From positions 137,159-201,158 of the forward strand of contig JAAEZH010000002.1 in assembly GCA_018222965.1 (NCBI GenBank): a stretch of DNA of 64,000 nucleotides. The letters are read 5' to 3'. The DNA comes from Bacteroidota bacterium. Lineage in GTDB: Bacteria; Bacteroidota; Bacteroidia; Chitinophagales; Saprospiraceae. A program made the translations under genes and the position numbers. This document shows, piece after piece, positions 30,078 to 39,302 of the stretch. The first letter of the stretch is position 1, and the number at the start of each line of letters is the position of its first letter. The notes under the pieces are model-generated. The model was not told where the DNA came from and did not search any database. It saw nothing but the letters and a program-made list of their open reading frames with translations.

Positions 30078-32306
30078 ATGAAGTGGAGTACACGATTAAC
30101 TTGTAGTCTCCTGGCCCTCCTTTTTGTCAGCAGCTTAAGGCTGAATGCGCAGCGAATCATCATTCCGGAACCCCCGCGCCCCATGCCGGTTGCCGGTCTG
30201 TTTGAACTGGAGTTGAAAGAGATGCAGGTTCAAACATCTATTGTGGATCAGGTGGCAGAAGTAAACCTGGATCAGACTTTTCACAATCCAACAAGCCATC
30301 AGCTACAAGGCTTTTACATGTTTCCTATTCCGGATGGGTCCAGCATACAAAGTTTCAGTATGTACATCAATGGGGTAGAAACCCGGGGAGAATTACTGGA
30401 TGCCCAAAAAGCTCGAAGTATTTATGAGGAAATCCTACGGAAGTTTCAGGATCCGGCATTGCTGGAATACAAAGACAAAGGTTTGTTTCGGATGAGCGTT
30501 TTCCCTATCCAGCCAGGCTCCGATCAGCGCATTAAACTCACTTATACGCAGGTATTGCCTAAAGACAATGGCACAACGGCCTTTTCGTTTCCCATACCAT
30601 CCAACCATGCAAAGCTCGGACCAGAGAGTTTTAGCGCGCGCATAAATGTGGAAACCACCAATCCGGTGAAAACCATTTATTGCCCCACCCATGCCGTGGA
30701 GATCAACCGCAAGGATGCACGTCATGCTACAGTGGGTATTGAACTCGATCAAAAAACGCCCCCCGCAGATTTGCAACTCTATTTTTCAGATGATAAATCA
30801 GAAATGGGCGCCTCCTTATTGAATTTTAAGGAGGGATCTGAAAATGGGTTTTTCTTTCTCAATTTCAGTCCCGGACTGAATGAGCGGGTAATTCCGGTAT
30901 CCAAGGATATCACCTTTGTACTGGATGCCTCCGGAAGTATGGCCGGTCCAAAAATGGAGCAAGCTAAAAAAGCCCTCCTATTCTGCCTGGAAAACCTGAA
31001 TCCCGGTGATCGCTTTAATATTGTCCGTTTTTCTACGGAGGCGGAAGCCTTATTCCCGACACTGCAACTGAATACCTCCGACATTCGCCGAAAGGCCCGG
31101 GAATATATTGAAGACCTACAGGCAATTGGCGGAACGAATATGGAAGAGGCGCTGGATCTGGCTTTCAGTCAGGATCAGGGGAAACGACTGAGTATGGTCA
31201 TTTTCCTGACCGATGGAAAACCTACTATCGGACAAACCAATGAAGAGCAATTGCTCGAACTGGTAAAGGAAAACAATACCAATCAAAGACGAATATTTAC
31301 GTTTGGCATTGGTACTGAACTCAATACGCATCTGCTGGATCAGATTACAAGTATGACGCGTGCCTACCGCACCTACGTCTTGCCGAAAGAAGACATCGAA
31401 GTAAAAGTTTCCAATTTCTTTACCAAGGTTAGTGCACCTGTGTTGACCAATTTGGAGTGGGAAATTGCCGGAAACAGCAAAGTAGAACTGGTGGAAGTTT
31501 ATCCTAAAAGTCTGCCCGACCTTTTTAAAGGCGGTAGTATCTCGCTCATCGGGCGATATAAAGGTAGTGGAAAGGCTACCTTATTGTTGAAAGGCGAAAG
31601 CAATGGCCGCTCAAAGGCCTATGAGTATGAATTGACTTTCGAAGAGGAGGCCAAAGAAAATGACTTTATCCCGCCTCTTTGGGGAGCTAGAGCTGTTGGT
31701 TATTTGCTCGATCAGATACGGGTGAATGGCGAGTCTCAGGAAGTGGTGCAAGAGGTGATCCGTCTCTCTAAGCGATATGGAATAATTACACCGTATACCA
31801 GCTACCTGATCCTGGAGGATGAGCAAAACCTATTGGGCAATCGCAGAATCCGAACAGAAGATGCACTCCTGAGTCCGCGGGTTTCTGAGGCACCTGCTTC
31901 TATGGATGTACAGGCTAAAAAGTACAAGGAAAGTATCGAGGAGGAAGCCGGAGAAGGGAGTGTGCGGGCTAGTGAGGACATTCAGATCCTGAATCAATCA
32001 GAAAATCTGGCTGAATATCAAACAGGGCGCTCAGAAATGGACTATGAGGATGCTGCCGGACAATCCCGGAATTTGGCAGAAAATATTGTCAACATACAGG
32101 GACGAGCGGTATATCAGAATGCCGGTATTTGGACCGATTCGCGGATCCAGGATAATCAGGGGGCCCCGGTCAGAAGAATTGCATTCAACTCAAGCGAATA
32201 TTTTGATCTGATGGACGAAGCGCCTGATAGTCAGGAGTTTCTGGCTCTTGGTCAGAATGTACGCTTTATTATGAATGGAGAGCTGATCGAAGTGTATAAT
32301 AACTAG
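30078..32306 (+). CDS. Secreted VIT (vault/inter-alpha-trypsin) + VWA domain protein. Start moved to MKWSTRL; the ORF-track extension to 29961 begins at TTG and overlaps the upstream gene end.
   Basis: About 742 aa. Signal peptide. VIT-like N-domain. VWA with MIDAS FVLDASGSM...GGTNM. Architecture matches ITIH-like bacterial VIT-VWA proteins. Confidence 0.8.
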   Translation: MKWSTRLTCSLLALLFVSSLRLNAQRIIIPEPPRPMPVAGLFELELKEMQVQTSIVDQVAEVNLDQTFHNPTSHQLQGFYMFPIPDGSSIQSFSMYINGVETRGELLDAQKARSIYEEILRKFQDPALLEYKDKGLFRMSVFPIQPGSDQRIKLTYTQVLPKDNGTTAFSFPIPSNHAKLGPESFSARINVETTNPVKTIYCPTHAVEINRKDARHATVGIELDQKTPPADLQLYFSDDKSEMGASLLNFKEGSENGFFFLNFSPGLNERVIPVSKDITFVLDASGSMAGPKMEQAKKALLFCLENLNPGDRFNIVRFSTEAEALFPTLQLNTSDIRRKAREYIEDLQAIGGTNMEEALDLAFSQDQGKRLSMVIFLTDGKPTIGQTNEEQLLELVKENNTNQRRIFTFGIGTELNTHLLDQITSMTRAYRTYVLPKEDIEVKVSNFFTKVSAPVLTNLEWEIAGNSKVELVEVYPKSLPDLFKGGSISLIGRYKGSGKATLLLKGESNGRSKAYEYELTFEEEAKENDFIPPLWGARAVGYLLDQIRVNGESQEVVQEVIRLSKRYGIITPYTSYLILEDEQNLLGNRRIRTEDALLSPRVSEAPASMDVQAKKYKESIEEEAGEGSVRASEDIQILNQSENLAEYQTGRSEMDYEDAAGQSRNLAENIVNIQGRAVYQNAGIWTDSRIQDNQGAPVRRIAFNSSEYFDLMDEAPDSQEFLALGQNVRFIMNGELIEVYNN

Positions 32307-32323
32307 CGCTGATCGTTCTTTTA

Positions 32324-32370
32324 AAGAAAACCCGAATCCACCAATGGCGGATTCGGGTTTTTTATTTTTA
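32324..32370. terminator. Bidirectional rho-independent terminator between convergent VIT-VWA and T9SS-cargo genes. Stem CCCGAATCC / GGATTCGGG, 9-nt loop. A-run upstream, T-run TTTTTTATTTTT downstream.
   Basis: Inverted repeat 32331-32339 / 32349-32357. Confidence 0.75.
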
Positions 32371-35300
32371 CTGTTTTATGATTCGATGATGTTGGGTTTG
32401 TCCGTCCGGACTTTCCAAACTTAAGATGTATAATCCCGGCGGTAAATCAGATAGATCAAGTTCCAGTTGTCCGGTTCCGGCTTTCGCCGAAAGGCGCTGA
32501 AGCACCCGCCCCTGCATATTACTGATCTGCACCCCTGTTTTAAACAAAACCGGTTCATCAAACTGCAATTGGATGCGGTCATTAAACGGATTTGGAAAGA
32601 TCTGCACACCCGGCTGCTCATAGGCAGAAGTGCCCGGAGCCGGTGGTACGGATGGCTGACCGTCGCAATATACCTGACTGTTGGTGACAATGATGTCCAG
32701 GAAATTGGATCCTGTACATTCCGCGGTGCTCACTGTAAGCGTAATGGTGCGGAAACCCACATTGTCCCAGGAAACCATCGCCCAGGAATTGCCTGAAGTC
32801 GGTGGCGTGGCGCCCGGCCCAAAGTTCCAGGAATAAGTAGCTCCCGGAGTGGGAACAACAAAGTAGAAAGCTTCATCGCCCAGGCATACCGCGGTTGGAC
32901 CCATAATGTTTACATCAACTTCATCGCCTACCGTTTTTGTTACTATGTTGGACTCCAAGGCGGAAATACATCCGTCTATACGTACACAACGGGAGTATTG
33001 AGTGGTAACGTAAATGGGGCCCGGATCATAAACGGGGCCTTCTGCACCTGGAATAATCTCCCAGTCAACAGCGCCCTCTTCCAGTTGCATCCAGAAATAG
33101 TCGATTGGCCCCGGAGCACCTGAAGGAGGTGTAACTTCGGTGATAGGGGCCGGATCGAAGCCGGGTCCGCAGAAATATTCATCTCCCTCAATGGAGCCAG
33201 GATCTGTTAGGTTTGGTGTGATCTCTACTTCCGTAAAAGCGCTTGATGTACAACCATTTGCATCGGTTATTTCAAGTTCGTAAGTACCGGCATCCATGAA
33301 TGTGGTCATCTGGATGTAGACGGTCTCACTGCCGGAGCTAAAGCCGTTTACATGCGACCAGGTATAGGTAAATGGAGGCGTTCCTCCAGTGATATTTGCT
33401 TCCAGGATCAGGATGTCTCCTTCGCAAATTGGTCCGTTGTTTAAGGCTTCCACCTCCGGTGCATCAAACACCGAGGCAGTCGTACTGCACGAACTGATGC
33501 AACCATTTGCATCGGTGATTTCAACCGTAAATATTTCGCCGTCTGCTACATTGGCAGCAACCGGATTTTGGTCGGTCGGATCATTAATGTTTGCATTGCC
33601 ATCGGAGGTCCAACTCCAGGAAACCGCATCGCCACCGTTTTCACTGAGGTTTAGGGGATCACCGGCACAAATCGGACCGTCATTTTCGGCATTACAGGCA
33701 GGCGTTGGGAATACGATTGCCGTAGTGGTACAGGTATCCGAACAACCATTTGCATCGGTTATAATGACCGTAAAGGTTTCGCCATCTGTTACAGCTGTGG
33801 CTGTTGGGTTTTGTGCCATTGGATCGTCTATATCAGCAGTACCGTCTGTGGACCAGGACCAGGAGGCAGCTTCACCACCTTCTTCAAACAGTCCGAGCGG
33901 TTCACCCTGACAAATGGGGCCATTATTGCCCGCATTACATACAGGCTGGTCATTTACCACTGCTGTGATAGAGCAGGTTGAAGTACAGCCATTAGCATCT
34001 TCGAGTTCAACCGTGAAAGTTTCTCCATCAGATACGTTGGTTGCCGAAGTAACCTGAGCTGTAGGGTCATCAATTACAGCACCGCCGTCTGTACTCCAGG
34101 TCCAGCTAACGGCGCTTCCCCCTTCTTCAGATAAGTCCAGGGTTTCTCCAATACAAAGTGGCAGATTGGTAACGATGAGGCAGAAGGGATCGGGATTTAC
34201 GGTAGCGGTTACGCTACATGTAGACACACAACCATTTGCATCGGTAATTTCGACCGTGAAGATTTCGCCGTCGCTGACTTCCGTGGCTGTTGGGTTTTGA
34301 GTGCCAGGGTTATTAATTACTGCTGCCCCATCGGATGTCCAGAACCAGCTTACTGCATCTCCTCCATCTTCCATCAGCAGGAGATCCTCACCGATACAAA
34401 TTGGACTGTTGGAGGTCGCGTTGCAAGTTGGAGTTGTGAATACACCGGCAATTGTAGTACAGGTATCAATTAGGCCGGAGGCCGTGGTTATGATTACCGA
34501 AAACTCCTCGCCATCAGTAACATTGGTTGCTGTTGGGTTTTGTGCGATTGGATCGCTGATCACCGCACCCCCATCAGAGAACCATTCCCAGGAGACTGCA
34601 TCACCGCCATCTTCGTTAAGGCCAAGGGTATCTCCTTCGCATATTGGACCATCATTGCTGGCATTGCATTCAATGGTACAATTTACCGGTCCAAATTCTA
34701 TGGTATTGGTACAATCCACCAGGCCTGTATCCTGAACCGTAAAACTGTAGATGGTACTTCCATCTCCAAGGAAAGGGCCCAGTTGTATTGGGAGGGCCGA
34801 ATAATCATAAGCACCTAAAGACATGCCATCCTGGTCTGTGACTTCAAATTGTCCGCTTGTGTTTTCAAAGGCAAAATCCAATTCTGCCAGGAAGAAACCA
34901 TCGACGCAATCGAGGGGCGTGACATTCAGATCAGAAATAGAACAGGCACAGTTATAGGTCAATTCAATATCCAGTGAAGCACAGGACATCTTGGCTGTTT
35001 GCATAACGGTTACCGTAACGGTTCCGGAATCTCCCGGGTTAATATCCGGAATATCACCTACCAGCGTGAGGTGGTCAGCACAATCGGGATCAATGATCAC
35101 ATCGATGTTACAAGGTTCCTCAATGATGGTAATAAAGGGCGAGAGATCTGTAGGCAACACCGTAACAAAAGCGGTATCCTGCAGTACATTTGTAGAATCC
35201 TCAAGACAGACGGCCGTGACATAGTACTCCGCTATCAGTGGAGCACAATCCGTATTTTCTATGGTAACGCCAATTGGGAAAACAACATTTCCGTCTGAAT

Positions 35301-36846
35301 CCGTCCAGGTGATCGTTGCATCATCGGGTGTTCCACCGGTCATGAAAAAATCCAGATCGATGGTTTCTCCGCTGCAAATATTTCGGTCAACAGCTTCGAT
35401 TGCTGTGGGACAAGCACTGAGTACACATGCTTTAAACACAAACACATCTCCACCAATTCCTTTGGCATCGGCATCTCCAGGACCGGGACCGAGGTATGAA
35501 ATGACTCCGGCCGGACTGGCAGGGGAATTGGAGGCTCCAAATACACCGGCCTCCTGGGTGCAGATTCCGTGAGGACCTTGTTCGCTTAACATATCTGCGC
35601 TGGAGATGACGTATTCGGTTGTTCCATTCGGGTTTTCAAGTACAGAAACGCCCCCATAGGCATTTTCATCATCCAATACACCATTTGAGGTGTAGATGTT
35701 GCCTAAATAGTTATTGTAAAACCCACCGGATTCGCCTACTACGACGGTTCTTCCACCGTGATTGTAAGAGGTATGTACGGTCGCCTGACATCCGCCACGA
35801 TTGCCAATGAGCAAATCTCCGGAAGGGGTGAACTCCAGATCTGAGATATAGGAAACAGAACTAATCGCATTAAGTGGATCCATCGTGTAATGGAGAAGCT
35901 CGCTGTCAACATAGTTGTCCCAGGTAGCACCAGCAGGGAGGCTGCTGTTATCAACTACTCCAGGGAAACTGCCATCCCCTTGCAGGTCAATGGAATAGAT
36001 GGAAGGCTGTGATACCCCGCCGCTAAATTCATCTGCAATGTTTCCAAAGAAAAGTTGGGTGCCGTCATTGGAGATATCTATGCCATAGGCCAATTCGGTC
36101 AGGGTGGGGGTTCCAATGGCCCCGTCATCATAGGAGAGGGGATCGTAAGAATCCAGGATGTTTCCATTGGGATCGAGGCGATAAATTCGTCCATCCTCAA
36201 AGTTGGTTACATAAAAGAATTCATGATCTGTGTGGTAAACAATGTTCCCTAATCCGGGACCCGTGAAACGGTCTACTTGTGCGATGCCCTCGCAAGTTGT
36301 ATTGGTAAAGGCAAAAGCCTGCTGTGGCAAAACGCTGAAGACGGAAGCTTGTCCGTCAATAGCATCAATTTTGTAGACAGTTCCGGCTGCATTCACATCA
36401 TCGGCACCTCCTCCAATGTCCCCATATCGAATAACCGAGGATAAGGAGAAGAATTCGGAGGAGTAGTTGGAGGATGCAGTCACGTATATGTTTCCGGCAT
36501 TATCCATGGTGATACCAAAAACATTTCCCAGAGAGTCAATAACCCAGGAAGGGTGATGATAAGCGGCCTGTGTCATGGAAACATCAACGCGGCCCGCAGC
36601 CGGAAGTGCTCCAATGAGGTTGATCAAACCAAATGTAAATTGCATGTCCTGTGGCAGGACCTGAGCAGTACCACAGGTTACGGCAACAATGCCTTCGGTG
36701 ACAATACTTCCACAATCCGGGTCAACCTCCCAGGGGAGATCCTGCACCTGTGCGTGGGTTTGTCTCGGGCAAAAAGAAAGGCAAAATACAAGTGCGGCAA
36801 GCATGAAAATCAGCTGCCGGGGAGGAGTGTGTGTAGCATTCAGCAT
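32368..36846 (-). CDS. Giant T9SS-secreted surface protein. N-terminal beta-propeller-like region, at least 6 tandem ~75-aa Ig/PKD-like repeats, PKD-like domain, C-terminal Por-secretion sorting domain.
   Basis: 1492 aa. Signal peptide. Repeats with the pattern C.A.NDGPICEGD.L.L.E.GG.AVSW.W.SDG.A.I.DP.AQNPTAT.V.DGE.F.V.ITDANGC. C-terminal ...IFPNPFNDRIQLQF...LPPGLYILSL... matches the T9SS CTD. Confidence 0.85.
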   Translation of the reverse strand: MLNATHTPPRQLIFMLAALVFCLSFCPRQTHAQVQDLPWEVDPDCGSIVTEGIVAVTCGTAQVLPQDMQFTFGLINLIGALPAAGRVDVSMTQAAYHHPSWVIDSLGNVFGITMDNAGNIYVTASSNYSSEFFSLSSVIRYGDIGGGADDVNAAGTVYKIDAIDGQASVFSVLPQQAFAFTNTTCEGIAQVDRFTGPGLGNIVYHTDHEFFYVTNFEDGRIYRLDPNGNILDSYDPLSYDDGAIGTPTLTELAYGIDISNDGTQLFFGNIADEFSGGVSQPSIYSIDLQGDGSFPGVVDNSSLPAGATWDNYVDSELLHYTMDPLNAISSVSYISDLEFTPSGDLLIGNRGGCQATVHTSYNHGGRTVVVGESGGFYNNYLGNIYTSNGVLDDENAYGGVSVLENPNGTTEYVISSADMLSEQGPHGICTQEAGVFGASNSPASPAGVISYLGPGPGDADAKGIGGDVFVFKACVLSACPTAIEAVDRNICSGETIDLDFFMTGGTPDDATITWTDSDGNVVFPIGVTIENTDCAPLIAEYYVTAVCLEDSTNVLQDTAFVTVLPTDLSPFITIIEEPCNIDVIIDPDCADHLTLVGDIPDINPGDSGTVTVTVMQTAKMSCASLDIELTYNCACSISDLNVTPLDCVDGFFLAELDFAFENTSGQFEVTDQDGMSLGAYDYSALPIQLGPFLGDGSTIYSFTVQDTGLVDCTNTIEFGPVNCTIECNASNDGPICEGDTLGLNEDGGDAVSWEWFSDGGAVISDPIAQNPTATNVTDGEEFSVIITTASGLIDTCTTIAGVFTTPTCNATSNSPICIGEDLLLMEDGGDAVSWFWTSDGAAVINNPGTQNPTATEVSDGEIFTVEITDANGCVSTCSVTATVNPDPFCLIVTNLPLCIGETLDLSEEGGSAVSWTWSTDGGAVIDDPTAQVTSATNVSDGETFTVELEDANGCTSTCSITAVVNDQPVCNAGNNGPICQGEPLGLFEEGGEAASWSWSTDGTADIDDPMAQNPTATAVTDGETFTVIITDANGCSDTCTTTAIVFPTPACNAENDGPICAGDPLNLSENGGDAVSWSWTSDGNANINDPTDQNPVAANVADGEIFTVEITDANGCISSCSTTASVFDAPEVEALNNGPICEGDILILEANITGGTPPFTYTWSHVNGFSSGSETVYIQMTTFMDAGTYELEITDANGCTSSAFTEVEITPNLTDPGSIEGDEYFCGPGFDPAPITEVTPPSGAPGPIDYFWMQLEEGAVDWEIIPGAEGPVYDPGPIYVTTQYSRCVRIDGCISALESNIVTKTVGDEVDVNIMGPTAVCLGDEAFYFVVPTPGATYSWNFGPGATPPTSGNSWAMVSWDNVGFRTITLTVSTAECTGSNFLDIIVTNSQVYCDGQPSVPPAPGTSAYEQPGVQIFPNPFNDRIQLQFDEPVLFKTGVQISNMQGRVLQRLSAKAGTGQLELDLSDLPPGLYILSLESPDGQTQHHRIIKQ
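32479..32495. repeat. Full 17-mer copy in the opposite orientation, GGCTTTCGCCGAAAGGC (inside the T9SS cargo CTD, encoding LSAKA)
   Basis: Exact string read from sequence. Confidence 0.9.
33250..34700. repeat. Degenerate ~225-bp tandem DNA repeats (about 6 units) encoding the Ig-like repeats of the T9SS cargo protein
   Basis: Recurring blocks such as CAACCATTTGCATCGGT(G/T/A)AT...CCGT(A/G)AA...TTTCGCC(G/A)TC... at about 33260, 33510, 33745, 34225 and 34460. Confidence 0.6.
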
Positions 36847-36981
36847 ATTATGGTTTTAATGGAGAAATTTAGACAAGTAAAATACTGTTTTGCACAAGAA
36901 ATCGGAAGAAAGGGGATTGGCAAATCTGACTTTCATTTAGCAAATGGCCGAAATACCGTGTTATGGGGATTAGCGGTGGGA

Positions 36982-37024
36982 GAAATAAAAAATCCCGGCT
37001 CTGCTGTTGCTGAACCGGGATTTT
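36982..37024 (-). terminator. Rho-independent terminator downstream of the S46 peptidase gene (stem AAATCCCGG / CCGGGATTT, 16-nt loop, U-run in the minus transcript)
   Basis: Inverted repeat 36990-36998 / 37015-37023, preceded on the plus strand by AATAAAAA (a U-run on the minus transcript). Confidence 0.65.
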
Positions 37025-37041
37025 CCTGAGAAGTGAAAGAT

Positions 37042-39210
37042 CTACTTCTTTTTCGGATGTACGAGTTTCATCTCATCAACCAAATGGGAAGCATTGGCGT
37101 ATTTGTCTATGATGAATAGTACATAACGAATATCAACCATGATGTTCCGACAAATAGACGGATCGTAATTGATGTCACTCATCGTTCCTTCCCAAACCCG
37201 ATCAAAGTTGAGTCCGATCAGATTGCCTTCCGCATCAATGGCCGGGCTGCCGGAGTTTCCTCCGCTGGTGTGATTGGTGCCAATAAAGCAAACCGGAACT
37301 TTGCCATTTGAATCGGCATATTGCCCATAATCTTTAGAGCGGTATAATTCGAGCAATCGATTTGGAACGTCAAATTCGTAATCGCCAGGCACGTATTTTT
37401 CAATAACTCCGTCCAGGTAGGTCACCGGATCATAGTAAACGGCATCTCGCGGCGCATATCCATGTACCTGACCATAGGTTACCCGCATGGTGCTATTGGC
37501 ATCCGGGAAAAAGGTCCGTGTCGGAAAGACTTCCATTTGAGCAGCCATATAGATCCTTTGTAATTCGGTAAGCTGCGTATTGATGGCTTCGTAATTGCCT
37601 TCCACTTTTTCGTGATAGGCTTCAGCCAGTTTGCTGTACATACCAACGAGCGGATCGTTTTTGATCAGGTCGGCTGCTTTGGCAGGTTCCATCTCCAACC
37701 AGCTTAGAACGTTTGACCAGCTGGTAATGCCAGATTGGCTGTAAATGGATTCTGCCCATGCCTGTACAGAGGTTCCTACTTTTGTGTATTCACCATACAG
37801 ATCTTCCGGCAGATAAGCGGGATCAACATCTTCAAAATACATCTGGATGAGGGCAGCAAAAATCTCTTTGTCTACGCTTGCATCGTAATCTTTATAAAAG
37901 CCTTCGAGGTAAGCTTTCAGCCTTCCTGCATAATCGGTGAAGCCCGCTTCGCCGTTGTTGGCATAGCGATCCAACAAACTCTTAAAATAGCCGGCAACGC
38001 GTAAACCTTCTACATTTCTGGATGTAACTTCGGCATAATATTCCCGGGCATAGGCATAGGGCTCGCGGTCTTTGTAAAGCACCTTCATGTCCCTGAGCAG
38101 GTTGCCGTATTTTTCTGTCCAGGCTTTTTTGCTGTTTACCAACTCTGAAAATTCAGCTTCGTATTTGTCTTTTTTGGCGAGTGCCTTAGACTCTTCCAGT
38201 CCCTGTATTTCGCCGATCCACTTTTTCCAGCCGTTGGCGATTCGCGCAAACTTGGAGGCATACTGGATCTTGGTCTCCGGACTTTGGCGCATGGCTTTAT
38301 CCAGGATGGCCAGGGATTTATCCCGAATGCTGATACGCACCGGATCGATGATTTCCATAATTTGCCTTACGGCGGATGACGGCAGGTATTGGTCGGTACT
38401 GCCCGGGAAGCCAAAAACCAGCGTAAAATCGCCTTTTTCTACTCCATCCAATGAAATGGGGAGGTAATGCTTTGGCGTGTAGGGCACATTGTCTTCACTG
38501 TAATCGGCCGGAAGATTATCCGCTCCGGCATAAATGCGGAAAAGGGAAAAGTCTCCGGTATGACGCGGCCAAACCCAGTTGTCCGTGTCTGCTCCAAATT
38601 TACCGATGGAAGAAGGAGGCGCCCCAACCAGACGTACATCCCGGTAGGTGGTGGTCACAAAAGCAAAGTACTGGTTGCCTTTGAAAAAGGGTTTGATGGA
38701 AACATCCTGGTATTCCTCTTTAGCAATGCCCGCTTTTACTTTTTCGAGATTCTTGTCAATGCGAGACTGCCGTTCTTTAGAGTCCAGTCCGGCTGTCACA
38801 TCGGCTAGTACCTGATGCGTGACATCCTCCATGCGGTCAATAAAGGTGGCGGTGAGACCGGGGTTGGGCAATTCTTCCTTGTAGTTGCCCGCCCAGAATC
38901 CATCTTCGAGGTAATTGTTTTCAAGCGTGGTGTGGGATTGGATTTGTCCATACCCACAATGGTGATTGGTAAGCAAAAGTCCGTTGGGACTGATTAGCTC
39001 TGAAGTACAGAATCCGCCAAAATGCACAATGGCATCTTTCAGGCTGCTCTGATTTACATTGTATATATCCTCTGCCGACATTTCCATGCCGAGCCCGCGC
39101 ATTTCATCTTCATTGAGTTGCTCGAGCAAAAGAGGTATCCACATGCCTCCCTGCGCAGACATGTGGATACTGATGAATCCAATACAGAGGATCAATAGAC
39201 CTTTCTTCAT
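37042..39210 (-). CDS. Peptidase family S46 dipeptidyl-peptidase (DPP7/DPP11-like)
   Basis: 722 aa. Signal peptide. GGMWIP, catalytic His in LLTNHHCGYG and Ser in TSGGNSGSP. Confidence 0.9.
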   Translation of the reverse strand: MKKGLLILCIGFISIHMSAQGGMWIPLLLEQLNEDEMRGLGMEMSAEDIYNVNQSSLKDAIVHFGGFCTSELISPNGLLLTNHHCGYGQIQSHTTLENNYLEDGFWAGNYKEELPNPGLTATFIDRMEDVTHQVLADVTAGLDSKERQSRIDKNLEKVKAGIAKEEYQDVSIKPFFKGNQYFAFVTTTYRDVRLVGAPPSSIGKFGADTDNWVWPRHTGDFSLFRIYAGADNLPADYSEDNVPYTPKHYLPISLDGVEKGDFTLVFGFPGSTDQYLPSSAVRQIMEIIDPVRISIRDKSLAILDKAMRQSPETKIQYASKFARIANGWKKWIGEIQGLEESKALAKKDKYEAEFSELVNSKKAWTEKYGNLLRDMKVLYKDREPYAYAREYYAEVTSRNVEGLRVAGYFKSLLDRYANNGEAGFTDYAGRLKAYLEGFYKDYDASVDKEIFAALIQMYFEDVDPAYLPEDLYGEYTKVGTSVQAWAESIYSQSGITSWSNVLSWLEMEPAKAADLIKNDPLVGMYSKLAEAYHEKVEGNYEAINTQLTELQRIYMAAQMEVFPTRTFFPDANSTMRVTYGQVHGYAPRDAVYYDPVTYLDGVIEKYVPGDYEFDVPNRLLELYRSKDYGQYADSNGKVPVCFIGTNHTSGGNSGSPAIDAEGNLIGLNFDRVWEGTMSDINYDPSICRNIMVDIRYVLFIIDKYANASHLVDEMKLVHPKKK

Positions 39211-39302
39211 AATTAGCTTTGGTTTGATGATTAGAAAAGGAATGCTAAAATAGCCCTACAATCAGGATTCCCCAAAGCTAAAGGCGAAAGAATGGCAAAC
39301 AG

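Noticed and set aside
33389-34735. Ser/Pro/Ala-rich plus-strand ORFs (33389-33910, 34301-34735, 34991-35572)
   Set aside because: Antisense to the repetitive T9SS cargo gene. A product of the repeat structure, not independent genes.
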